Of a stretch of DNA of 64,000 nucleotides, positions 1 through 8,894 are shown piece by piece. The stretch lies in assembly GCA_000002435.2 (NCBI GenBank), contig CM018793.1; one strand, given 5' to 3'. The position numbers and the translations under genes were made by a program. Source of the DNA: Giardia intestinalis (Eukaryota). Below the pieces are notes generated by a model. It was not told the origin of the DNA, made no database searches, and saw only the letters and a list, made by a program, of their open reading frames with translations. Within the stretch, counting starts at the first letter, position 1. Each line of letters opens with the position of its first letter.

Positions 1-254
1 CAATTCTTGCAGAGTTGATTTTCACTGAGAAGCTGTCTCCAGTATCTCTCTCACATGCCAGTGCACGGATTTTCCTTGGAATAGGGCTAATGAACATGCG
101 GCAAATTGATGTGGCGCAGCAATTGGGCCTTGTTTCAGATGTGGCATTCAGTCAAGTGGAGTCTATCTTTACTAAAACAGTAGAGGTCCTTCTTCGCATT
201 CTGGAGCCGCTCGTTGGCCTGGGAACAGAGCTGGGAGCTGGAGCTAGTAAATAA
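1..254 (+). CDS. 3' end of an unidentified protein-coding gene that runs in from upstream of the window (open frame from base 3, stop TAA at 252-254)
   Basis: The frame of the 15..254 ORF stays open back to the window edge (…ILAELIFTEKLS…). I do not recognise a domain. Confidence 0.3.
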   Translation, partial: ILAELIFTEKLSPVSLSHASARIFLGIGLMNMRQIDVAQQLGLVSDVAFSQVESIFTKTVEVLLRILEPLVGLGTELGAGASK

Positions 255-281
255 GAGTAATAAGAAAACTATTAAGAGCAC

Positions 282-2282
282 ATGGTAACGGCAGAACTTC
301 TCTTTGATGCTAACTTTGAGTCCGGGAACCTCTCTACAACTGAACGCATAGACGATACAGAGTACAACGTTTTTATCAAGCCGGACTTCAACCTGAAGGT
401 GCGCTTTTGGTTTTACTTTAGAGTGGCTAACATAACACCGAAATTGCCGTACATCTTTCACGTCCTTAGCTTTTCCAAAGGAAAGACCACCTTCTTGTCG
501 GAGCAAACACCCCTAGTTCGGTCAACATCCCGCAACAAATGGGAGCGGATCCCCCGGAACCAGTGTTTTTACTATGCATCATCCAAGCATAAGTGCTACA
601 CTAACAACCCTGTGCTCAGTTTTGTTTTCCAGTTTGACAAGATAGAGGACTACTTCTTTGCGTTTTCTTATCCCTTTACCTATTCTATGTTAACTAAGTT
701 TAATAGCAGATTGATCAACCATAAGCTTCCGTTTATCCGGCTCTTCAACATTGGCAAAACGTATAATGGAAATGACTTCCCCATTCTAGTGATCAATCAA
801 GACATTGAACGAATTCTCAATTGTTCTCCAGTATCTACCGCCGCTGCCAACGCATCCCTCCCCTCTGAGGTTCGAGATAAGCGGATCGTTTGGGTCTCTG
901 CTCGAGTGCACCCTGGAGAGGTCCCTTCCTCGTATATTCTCCACGGCCTGCTAGAGTTTCTGATCTCTAATAGTCCAGTTGCGAAGTTTCTGCGCAGCAA
1001 AATCGTCTTTGTTCTTATACCAATGGTCAACATCGATGGCGTGATGGCTGGGTTCTATCGCGGCAGTGCAGCAGGCGTGGACTTAAACCGGACATACTAC
1101 AACCCGGACTCAAAACAGCATCCGGAAACATACATGATGAGATGTCTCTACTATGAGCTTATCGTACGTGGAAATATGCGGCCGTACAAAGCTCTTACAG
1201 GGGATGCACGTGGCGGCTCAGCCTCTCCCATGTTAGCTAACTCTCAAGAGCCCTCAGAAGAACTGGATTTATCGTTTGTTAGTCCACAGAAACTTGAGTC
1301 TGTTTTTGAAACCAATCCTCTTAATAGAATACTTTTAAAGAAGTCTATTGTACTAGATTTATACAACAATCAAACCGAGAAGCTTTTTAATACAGGTGCC
1401 AGTCCTACCGGGTTTGCAGCTAGTGTGAGCAATACTGATTTTGCTGGCAATCCTGTTAATTCTACCAGTAATAGCACCCCAACAGACAGATCACTGGAGC
1501 CGGTGCCTGAGACTTCAGAGACATCCTACGATACCGACATAGCCTCAATTTCTAGGACCAGTTCTCGATCTAATTACGGCACGGGGTATCCTGAGCAGCT
1601 ACTCTATAAGGTTTCCGAGATTTCTAATCAAGAGGCAGGAGACCTTCCTCCATCTGGCAAACAGCGAAGCACGAAAAATCTGGCGCCCATAATTAGTAAG
1701 CCTTCAGTCCCCTACCAGTTTCCTGCGCAACTTACCAACTTCTTATCGCAGGGATACAACCTTGATTTTGTTATCGATCTTCATTCCCATAGCAACATAT
1801 CTGGGGGCTTTCTGTTCGTAAACCCAGACTGTTATGCATTCAACAAGGTGAAGCGCACATCCTGCGAACTTGTCTTTCCGCTGATGCTTGCACAGAACTG
1901 TGCCACCTTCGGCGCGCTAAATAAATCCTTTAAAAGCTCCAAGGATAGGAGAGAGGGTAGCCTTCGGCGAGCGTTCATGAATCTTGGCAAGGCCTACGCC
2001 TTTGACAATTCTCCCTACGTATACTGCTTAGAGGTATCCAACAGTCATGGACCAGATCCAGCCAAAGCAGGAAAGCTCCAACAAGTTCAGTTAATTGGCA
2101 ACGAACCGAACAATGATAATGTTGAAAGCGATGACCTTTCTGCTTCTATTGACACAGATGAGACAGATAGGATCCTCTATACTCCAAGCTCATGGATGAA
2201 CATAGGTGAGAAGTTATGCCAGACGTTGTATGAGTTGTATTCGGCAAATGACCGAGAGCATGCCGGTATTGGCGTTGCCTAG
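282..2282 (+). CDS. Cytosolic carboxypeptidase (M14, Nna1/CCP-like; putative tubulin deglutamylase)
   Basis: ATG at 282. N-domain motif FDANFESGNL and WFYF. Zinc ligands HPGE (ARVHPGEVPSSY) and DLHSHS. Catalytic YCLEVS near the C-terminus. A low-complexity S/T/N-rich insertion in the middle is typical of Giardia. Stop TAG at 2280-2282. Confidence 0.75.
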   Translation: MVTAELLFDANFESGNLSTTERIDDTEYNVFIKPDFNLKVRFWFYFRVANITPKLPYIFHVLSFSKGKTTFLSEQTPLVRSTSRNKWERIPRNQCFYYASSKHKCYTNNPVLSFVFQFDKIEDYFFAFSYPFTYSMLTKFNSRLINHKLPFIRLFNIGKTYNGNDFPILVINQDIERILNCSPVSTAAANASLPSEVRDKRIVWVSARVHPGEVPSSYILHGLLEFLISNSPVAKFLRSKIVFVLIPMVNIDGVMAGFYRGSAAGVDLNRTYYNPDSKQHPETYMMRCLYYELIVRGNMRPYKALTGDARGGSASPMLANSQEPSEELDLSFVSPQKLESVFETNPLNRILLKKSIVLDLYNNQTEKLFNTGASPTGFAASVSNTDFAGNPVNSTSNSTPTDRSLEPVPETSETSYDTDIASISRTSSRSNYGTGYPEQLLYKVSEISNQEAGDLPPSGKQRSTKNLAPIISKPSVPYQFPAQLTNFLSQGYNLDFVIDLHSHSNISGGFLFVNPDCYAFNKVKRTSCELVFPLMLAQNCATFGALNKSFKSSKDRREGSLRRAFMNLGKAYAFDNSPYVYCLEVSNSHGPDPAKAGKLQQVQLIGNEPNNDNVESDDLSASIDTDETDRILYTPSSWMNIGEKLCQTLYELYSANDREHAGIGVA

Positions 2283-2361
2283 AACACGCTAGCAAGGTCG
2301 ATGAACAGTAAACTATCTGCAACACGGGAGCAAGCGGCATCTCCCATGCTAACAAAAAAAC

Positions 2362-4680
2362 ATGACAGATAACTTCGAGGATTATGGGGAGTTCTCGACC
2401 ACCTCAACCGATGAACAGGTTGAGCAGACATCCCCAGAAAGAGAAACAGTGGAGCGAGCTGCCAAGCCTACTAAGAAGCGTCGGATAAGGGTATGCTTAG
2501 ACTATTGCAAGTATAGTGTGATACATGAAATATGCGAACGGCGAGGCTGGCGACAGGTAGGGGAGTCTGATGACTGGAATTTGCTGTGGAGCGACAGATC
2601 AGTCACTGCGGAAAGAGTGATGAGGATGAAAGTCTACCAACGGATTAACCACTTTCCAAGTATGTATGAAATAACGCGGAAAGATACACTTGCTAAGAAC
2701 CTTAACAAGATACGGAAGCTCATGCCAGACGAATACGACTTTTATCCTATGTCCTTCTACCTACCAGCAGACTCAGCGGAAATGCGGCAGTATATAAGTA
2801 AGGCACCCAAAAAGTCAGTATATATAACGAAGCCAGTTGCATCTTGCCAGGGGCGGGGTATACGCCTCTTCAAAAACATTGACTCTATCGACACCACTGA
2901 GCCACAGGTGGTTCAAGAGTATGTTTCAAAGCCATACTTAATAGGCGGACTAAAGTTTGATCTACGGATGTACGTATTGGTTGTCTCTGTAGCTCCTATT
3001 CTCCGCCTTCTAGTGTATGAAGATGGAATGGCTCGCTTTGCCACCGAGCCATATGCCGAGCCAACAGTCAAGAATATGAAGAAGACTTATATGCACCTGA
3101 CCAACTATGCAATTAACAAGCGCAACGAGAACTTTATCTTTAACGCAGAAGAGGACGAGGACAATGTCGGATCCAAGTGGGGCCTCCAGGCCGTCTGGGA
3201 CAAGATTGTTGAAGATGGTGGAGATCTGCAGAAGATAAGGGAGGATATAAATGACATATTTGTTAAAACAATCCTTGCTGTGCTTCCAACTCTCCAGCAC
3301 ACCTATATGTCGTGTAGGCCTGCTGAAGTGAAAGCAGAGCCAGACGCCGGCAGCATGAATCAGCAATACTTTGGTTCTAACTGCTATGAAGTCTTAGGGT
3401 TTGATATAATGATCGATAGCCTTTTCAAGCCGTGGCTTATTGAAGTTAACCACAGCCCGTCCTTTACGTGCGACACGCCTTTAGACATGCGCATAAAAGA
3501 AACACTAATTGATGCCGTTCTTGACGTAATCAACGTTACTAATGGTGATAGAAAGCAGTTCGTGCGCTTAGAGCGACAGAAGCACATGAAGCGACTTTAC
3601 GGGAAAACAATGGCACGTCCACCACAAATACAGAGTAAGGTGCCAAGGCCACCACAGAAGAAGGGAGCAGAGGAGGCACAGAAAAAGGTATCTACCTTCA
3701 AAACGTATGAAGAGCACATCCAAAAGTGTCTCAAAAGGCTTCCATTTGTGCAAATATATCCCTTGCCAAAAGGGTGTCCAGACCCATATTATTCTATTCT
3801 GCAACGAATACGGAACAAAGGGTCTGTGGATCTTCCCGATCGGCTGCAAAATGTTCTTGCTAAAGGCGCGCCGTCTCAAACTAGCCTATTACAGGCTACG
3901 GGAAAGCGAACAGCATCTGCAACCCCAGCAGCACCGGCGAAGGTACAACCAAGACAGATATCTAATAATATTGTTCCTGTCGCTGACATGCACTCATCTT
4001 CCAGTGTTCCTGTCCTAGAGCGGCAGATTCGTCCGGAATCACCACTGCGAAGGTCTCCGGAACCAGGCCTACATGCTCCCCCTTATTCTACTGCGAGCGC
4101 CACTACGGGTACGGGTGTCAACGCGAATACAGGCTCCATTGGGGCACCAACTGGGCTGCCAAACGACGCCCCCGAATCAGAACCATTTGACAGTTTACTA
4201 AAGCGTGCGCTCTTGGAATTTGAGTACGGCATAGCAAGTCGATCCATCATATTTAAAGGCATCCAAGCCCCTGTGCTATTGCCTCAGGGCCCACCCAGAA
4301 ATGATAAAATTGAGAAAACTAGAGATGCTGAGCTACTGTCTAAACTGCGCGCTATGCTCAAGTTCGGCGTTCGAGAATATGCCGAAAGCATCATCCAGGC
4401 TGGGCAAAAATCAACACAGGTCACGTTATCAAAACAACAACAGCCGCCACCGCAGCCAGTAAAACAAGATATAAATCCTATGCTAATGGCAAACAGGTCC
4501 AAATCGTCAGGCCAGTTTCATAGTGCAGGAATCAGGTCGGTGCCAGGGCACCCGGATATCCATACTGCTTCTGTTTCTCGCGGAAATTACTATGGTGTGG
4601 GTACAGGGCGCATTATTAGGGCATATGATGAAGCACCACTGCCTTCTGTCATGTATAAAGGCCTCTTTGCCAAGAAATAA
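2362..4680 (+). CDS. Tubulin tyrosine ligase-like (TTLL) family protein, probably a tubulin polyglutamylase
   Basis: A-rich initiator aacaaaaaaacATG. TTL-domain hallmarks QRINHFP, YITKP…QGRGIRLF, EYVSKPYLIGGLKFDLRMYVLV and WLIEVNHSPSF. Long low-complexity C-terminus. Confidence 0.8.
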   Translation: MTDNFEDYGEFSTTSTDEQVEQTSPERETVERAAKPTKKRRIRVCLDYCKYSVIHEICERRGWRQVGESDDWNLLWSDRSVTAERVMRMKVYQRINHFPSMYEITRKDTLAKNLNKIRKLMPDEYDFYPMSFYLPADSAEMRQYISKAPKKSVYITKPVASCQGRGIRLFKNIDSIDTTEPQVVQEYVSKPYLIGGLKFDLRMYVLVVSVAPILRLLVYEDGMARFATEPYAEPTVKNMKKTYMHLTNYAINKRNENFIFNAEEDEDNVGSKWGLQAVWDKIVEDGGDLQKIREDINDIFVKTILAVLPTLQHTYMSCRPAEVKAEPDAGSMNQQYFGSNCYEVLGFDIMIDSLFKPWLIEVNHSPSFTCDTPLDMRIKETLIDAVLDVINVTNGDRKQFVRLERQKHMKRLYGKTMARPPQIQSKVPRPPQKKGAEEAQKKVSTFKTYEEHIQKCLKRLPFVQIYPLPKGCPDPYYSILQRIRNKGSVDLPDRLQNVLAKGAPSQTSLLQATGKRTASATPAAPAKVQPRQISNNIVPVADMHSSSSVPVLERQIRPESPLRRSPEPGLHAPPYSTASATTGTGVNANTGSIGAPTGLPNDAPESEPFDSLLKRALLEFEYGIASRSIIFKGIQAPVLLPQGPPRNDKIEKTRDAELLSKLRAMLKFGVREYAESIIQAGQKSTQVTLSKQQQPPPQPVKQDINPMLMANRSKSSGQFHSAGIRSVPGHPDIHTASVSRGNYYGVGTGRIIRAYDEAPLPSVMYKGLFAKK

Positions 4681-4691
4681 CCCTGTAGTCC

Positions 4692-7631
4692 CTACTCATT
4701 ACTTTCTTCGTCAAAGAGAATGGGTTGCGTGGGTCCTTCAGTATTGAGAAGACGCTTTAGGACCTCATGGCCATATACTTCACATATGAGGAGTCTTAAC
4801 TCCTCGAGAAGGTTCTGACAGATCACTCTAAGTCTAGGGATGTTGATATTTGCTCCATAAGCTCTCCATCTAGTTCTATCTGTCCTGATCAAAGAAGTCA
4901 TGAGCCACGCACGCATCATTCTGTATGTGATTATCACGTTTGGGCAAGGGTTATTGTATAGAATATTGTCAAGTGTTTGGGACTCCAGTAGAGCGTGGCC
5001 ATAAAGATTCCATTCTGCTCCATTTAAACTTGCGACGCAAAAGTGGCTCCGCAAAGATAGTTCTGCAAGATAGTTCATTATATTTTCCCAAGGAAAACGC
5101 ATTTCGAACGTTCCGCATTTGCTCATTGATGCAGGAGTAGAAAATGGAGGGGAGCGCTTACTATACTTCTGATACATTGCTTTCAGTTCCTCCTCAGTGC
5201 AGTTTTTGAAGGCAGTGTCTATATGCTCTTTGCAATATTGTTGGAAATAATATGTGATCTTTTGACGAGAAAATCTAATTCCTCTATCGGCAAAGATGTT
5301 TCTGATTTCTTCAGATACAGTAAATTCCCTCTCAATTTCATGCTTATGGATCTTCAGATAAAGAAGAGGGCCAAGAAGGGCAGAACGCAGGATGTCTCCT
5401 GCAGAGTCTTCGCTATGAAACTGTGCGGTATCGAGCATGGTAAGAGCGGTTGTTATTATAGAAATTGTGGGAGGTTGTAGGGCTTCTATTCGCATAGTGA
5501 ATAGGAAAGAGATAATATTAACCCAATTGGTAGCCACTGTGTGCAGCAGTCGAGACTCGGTATTGCTTTGGATCCCAGTCATAAACGTGGAGGATGAAGA
5601 AGTGGACAGGTCCAGTCCAATCCAGTTTGTTCTGCTACACTTGAATACTTGCCGATATTCTTCTACCACTTCAGCAACAGTCTGGACGCAGCTTCTAAGG
5701 CAGGAAGAAGAAAGATTGACACTGTGGGTCAAACATTCAAGAAGCAACTGTGCATTGGAAGGATTAGAATCAAATTTCTTCTGGATAAATTTCGTGTTAC
5801 GATAGATAAGAGCGCCTAGAATATCCAATGCGCTAATTGTTTCCTTCTCAAAGTCTGGAATGGAAAGATCGAGCCAAGAGCGATGAAATTTAAGCACATT
5901 TATAACATAGTCAAAGATCTTATACTTAGAAAAATAGCTCTTTTCAAATGAGAGCGCACCCTTTATGAGGCATGCAATTATAATGTATATCCACTGCCGC
6001 CTTGTGTCACTTAGTGGCATGTATATAAAAAGATCGATTAACGTGGATATGAATCCCTTAGAAGTGAGTGGGTGCGATCCGCAACCAAAGGTGTCATAGC
6101 ATGGTGGCATGGAAAAACGCATTATGCTAAGTTCTGTCGGAGAAAGAAGATATGATACCGGAAATTGCTGTGTGGAGTCAGAAGGTGATTGCACAAGGAA
6201 AAACCGAAATACAAGCTTCAAGAAAATACTATGTGTAGCCACAATATGAGTATTAGTAGACATTTCTTGGTATTCATACATAGCAGTCGAAATCGCGTCT
6301 GGAGGGACACTAATGCCAGTATTCCTTTTTGCCACCCACGGTCGTGCTCTAATATACTCGCGTACCAATGGAAAGATGTTGTATTCCTGGATTCCGTTGA
6401 TAGCCTTGCATGCTATTGTGGCCAGCTGTGAAGAGAAATACTCTGAAAGAGCATAAAAGAAGTACCTTATTATGCCTGCTGTTAACAGATGCTGTTTGTG
6501 CATGGACCCATACTCGCCCGAAAGAAGCATTTTGAGGAATGTGTTGAAAAAGACAGATGTGTATTGATTTTTACGCAGCTCAAGGCAACACTTGATCATG
6601 CTGGCGCCTGCAAACGGAGATTCTTCCTTCTGTGATTCTGTACTTCTGTCCTCCACGTTCTTAAATCCTCTAACAAGGAGAATGTCACGGAGAAGAAGAA
6701 CTCCTGGTGGGGATGATTTGAACCATGCAATACTGCTTTTCTTTGTTAGATAGGTCTGGACAATGGGGGCATTGAACAAGTCACTATTCGTTTCGCAAAA
6801 GATTGAGGCAGCTGCGACGCCAAGATATCGAATATGGAAGCTTGCATATTGGAGTCCAAGAAAAATAGCAAGATAGGAGTCTGTGAGTATTCTATTTTCC
6901 GTGTTTAGGTCTGGCATGGGAGTCTGCTTACCTGTCAAGCAGTATCCCAAGGCTGCGTTGGTTAAATCGTAAGACATAGAGTCCGTTGACAAGTGCCCAA
7001 TAATTCCGCATGCATTGATCATGCGCATAATGGGATATCTCTGTGCCCGGCCCAGGATCATGTCTCTAAGAAGCAAAGGATTAATGATATCCTTTATTCG
7101 AAGCGGGGCAGAAAGCTGAGTAATGATGATATGAATCAAGTAAATGATTTTCCCAAGCATCTCCACGTGCAGTGCATCAAATGTAAAGTAAAACCATGTA
7201 ATAGCATGCATAAATTCCCTATTCAGCGAATATCGCTGAAATCTATTCCGATGCCCTGCCTGAGAAAGACGCGTGATCATAATGTAGAGCATATCTGTTT
7301 GCTGTAGCATCTGCTCATAGCACTCCTTGAGAGGCAAGTCCTTATTAGAATAAGTGCTGGCGATATGTCGACACATGTGCTGATCTAAATCATAATACAC
7401 AATCGTGTCAGCTGAAAGATCATGGACATCTCTGCGGAGCGTTTTAAGTTGCGTATCTGGAATGTTAGGGGATAATATGGCATTAATAGCATCAAAGTTA
7501 TGCTCCCCATAAGTCTTCATCATAGCGACATTGAGCAGCTGCAGTGTGTCTAGAGGCGTAGTTATCGATCCACGCTCCCACTCCAGCTGTTGCGCCAACA
7601 GAAGCTGCGAGGCTGTTTCGCCATTCGACAT
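4692..7631 (-). CDS. Large conserved hypothetical protein (979 aa); function not recognised
   Basis: Uninterrupted 2.9-kb ORF with ATG at 7631. It is convergent with the TTLL gene (stops 11 nt apart) and divergent from the 7643 gene. No diagnostic motif is identifiable by eye. Confidence 0.6.
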   Translation of the reverse strand: MSNGETASQLLLAQQLEWERGSITTPLDTLQLLNVAMMKTYGEHNFDAINAILSPNIPDTQLKTLRRDVHDLSADTIVYYDLDQHMCRHIASTYSNKDLPLKECYEQMLQQTDMLYIMITRLSQAGHRNRFQRYSLNREFMHAITWFYFTFDALHVEMLGKIIYLIHIIITQLSAPLRIKDIINPLLLRDMILGRAQRYPIMRMINACGIIGHLSTDSMSYDLTNAALGYCLTGKQTPMPDLNTENRILTDSYLAIFLGLQYASFHIRYLGVAAASIFCETNSDLFNAPIVQTYLTKKSSIAWFKSSPPGVLLLRDILLVRGFKNVEDRSTESQKEESPFAGASMIKCCLELRKNQYTSVFFNTFLKMLLSGEYGSMHKQHLLTAGIIRYFFYALSEYFSSQLATIACKAINGIQEYNIFPLVREYIRARPWVAKRNTGISVPPDAISTAMYEYQEMSTNTHIVATHSIFLKLVFRFFLVQSPSDSTQQFPVSYLLSPTELSIMRFSMPPCYDTFGCGSHPLTSKGFISTLIDLFIYMPLSDTRRQWIYIIIACLIKGALSFEKSYFSKYKIFDYVINVLKFHRSWLDLSIPDFEKETISALDILGALIYRNTKFIQKKFDSNPSNAQLLLECLTHSVNLSSSCLRSCVQTVAEVVEEYRQVFKCSRTNWIGLDLSTSSSSTFMTGIQSNTESRLLHTVATNWVNIISFLFTMRIEALQPPTISIITTALTMLDTAQFHSEDSAGDILRSALLGPLLYLKIHKHEIEREFTVSEEIRNIFADRGIRFSRQKITYYFQQYCKEHIDTAFKNCTEEELKAMYQKYSKRSPPFSTPASMSKCGTFEMRFPWENIMNYLAELSLRSHFCVASLNGAEWNLYGHALLESQTLDNILYNNPCPNVIITYRMMRAWLMTSLIRTDRTRWRAYGANINIPRLRVICQNLLEELRLLICEVYGHEVLKRLLNTEGPTQPILFDEESNE

Positions 7632-7642
7632 TATTTAAAAGC
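7632..7642. promoter_or_regulatory. 11-bp AT-rich spacer (ttatttaaaag) between the ATGs of two divergent genes; shared bidirectional initiator region
   Basis: ATG of the minus-strand gene ends at 7631 and ATG of the plus-strand gene starts at 7643. Giardia initiators are short AT-rich elements abutting the start codon. Confidence 0.5.
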
Positions 7643-8758
7643 ATGCCGGACACTGAGCGAACTTCTGAATGCTCCAGACACTGGTTTGCCGCTGCTGCCT
7701 CAGGCGATTGTGACTATATTCAGCAGAACATAGAGAAGTTTAGTGGTGTGCGCAATGAATCTGGAGCCACGGCTTTAATGAAGGCTGCTAGCAACAACGA
7801 TGCACGGATTGTTGAGCTTCTATTGTCATCAGAAGCTGCGCTTCAGGATCAGCAAGGGATGAGTGCTCTAATGTTTGCAGCGCGCAACGGGGCCTTGGAA
7901 GCTCTTACACTACTAATTGAAAAGGAAGGTAGAATAACAGATGCACCCGGATACACGGCCCTTATGCATGCGGTTTCACGAGGCTGTGTGTCATCTGTGA
8001 AAGCCCTGATTCCTTACGAAGCAGGATTGACGCGGCCCCACGGCTGGACCGCACTGATGGACGCAGCCAGTCGCAATCTCAGTGATATCGTATTCCTGCT
8101 ACTAGACCACGAAGCTAAGCGTTCAAACGAATTTGGGGTCACCGCCCTTATGCTTGCTGCTATGTCTGGGGCCACTCACTGCATTGAGCTCTTACTCCCC
8201 CAGGAGGTCCGGATGAAGGACAGCCTGGGCTGCTCTGCCCTAGTCTATGCCATAAAGGCAGAGCACATTCCGTCTATCCTCCTGCTTCTCCCAGAAGAGC
8301 ACGCTGTGCGTGATAGCGAAGGAAAGTTCCCCACCGATTACGCCAATTGTGACAGCAACATTGTTTTCTTTATCAGAGAGTATGATTGGCGTCGCACAAA
8401 GCCCTCTCGCGCCGTATTTCTGCGGTTTGTCTCCGCGTCACATGCACTTCTTTCACGCCAGGGCGCAATTCCAGCTGAGGCGGAGGTTATGGACGCTCTT
8501 CTGGGCTTCCTGGCCGGCGACGCCTCGCTGGGAGGGACTACGTCCGATATTGTGAGTGGGATGAGCGAGATCGCGACGCACCTCTACCTCCCTGCAGGGG
8601 TGCTGTGCGGCGTGTGCGGACGCGAACGCTTTGAGTACGTTGCACTCCCGTGCAGGCACGTGACGGTCTGCGGGTCGTGCCGGGCTCTAGGGCCTTCGTG
8701 TCCCGTGTGCTCCGAGCAGCCCATTTCGTACCTGGGGCTCATGTGGCCGGATGAGTGA
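7643..8758 (+). CDS. Ankyrin-repeat protein with C-terminal C3HC4 RING finger (Protein 21.1-like, putative E3 ligase)
   Basis: Repeated G.TALM.AA ankyrin units. C-terminal CGVCGRERFEYVALPCRHVTVCGSCRALGPSCPVC. ATG at 7643, only 11 bp from the ATG of the divergent neighbour. Confidence 0.75.
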   Translation: MPDTERTSECSRHWFAAAASGDCDYIQQNIEKFSGVRNESGATALMKAASNNDARIVELLLSSEAALQDQQGMSALMFAARNGALEALTLLIEKEGRITDAPGYTALMHAVSRGCVSSVKALIPYEAGLTRPHGWTALMDAASRNLSDIVFLLLDHEAKRSNEFGVTALMLAAMSGATHCIELLLPQEVRMKDSLGCSALVYAIKAEHIPSILLLLPEEHAVRDSEGKFPTDYANCDSNIVFFIREYDWRRTKPSRAVFLRFVSASHALLSRQGAIPAEAEVMDALLGFLAGDASLGGTTSDIVSGMSEIATHLYLPAGVLCGVCGRERFEYVALPCRHVTVCGSCRALGPSCPVCSEQPISYLGLMWPDE

Positions 8759-8819
8759 ACACAGAGCTCCAAACAGCTACAGACATATACACGCGTGCTC
8801 TGTGCTCCGGCCGCGCGGC

Positions 8820-8891
8820 GGGGGCTTAGCTCAGTGGTAGAGCACTCGACTCCAGATCGAGCGGTCATCGGTTCAATCCCGGTAGCCCTCA
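8820..8891 (+). tRNA. tRNA-Trp (anticodon CCA)
   Basis: 72-nt cloverleaf folded by hand. Acceptor GGGGGCT/AGCCCTC. D arm GCTC-AGTGGTA-GAGC. Anticodon stem CTCGA/TCGAG with loop CTCCAGA (anticodon CCA). T arm ATCGG-TTCAATC-CCGGT. Discriminator A. No encoded CCA and no intron. Confidence 0.8.
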
Positions 8892-8894
8892 TTT

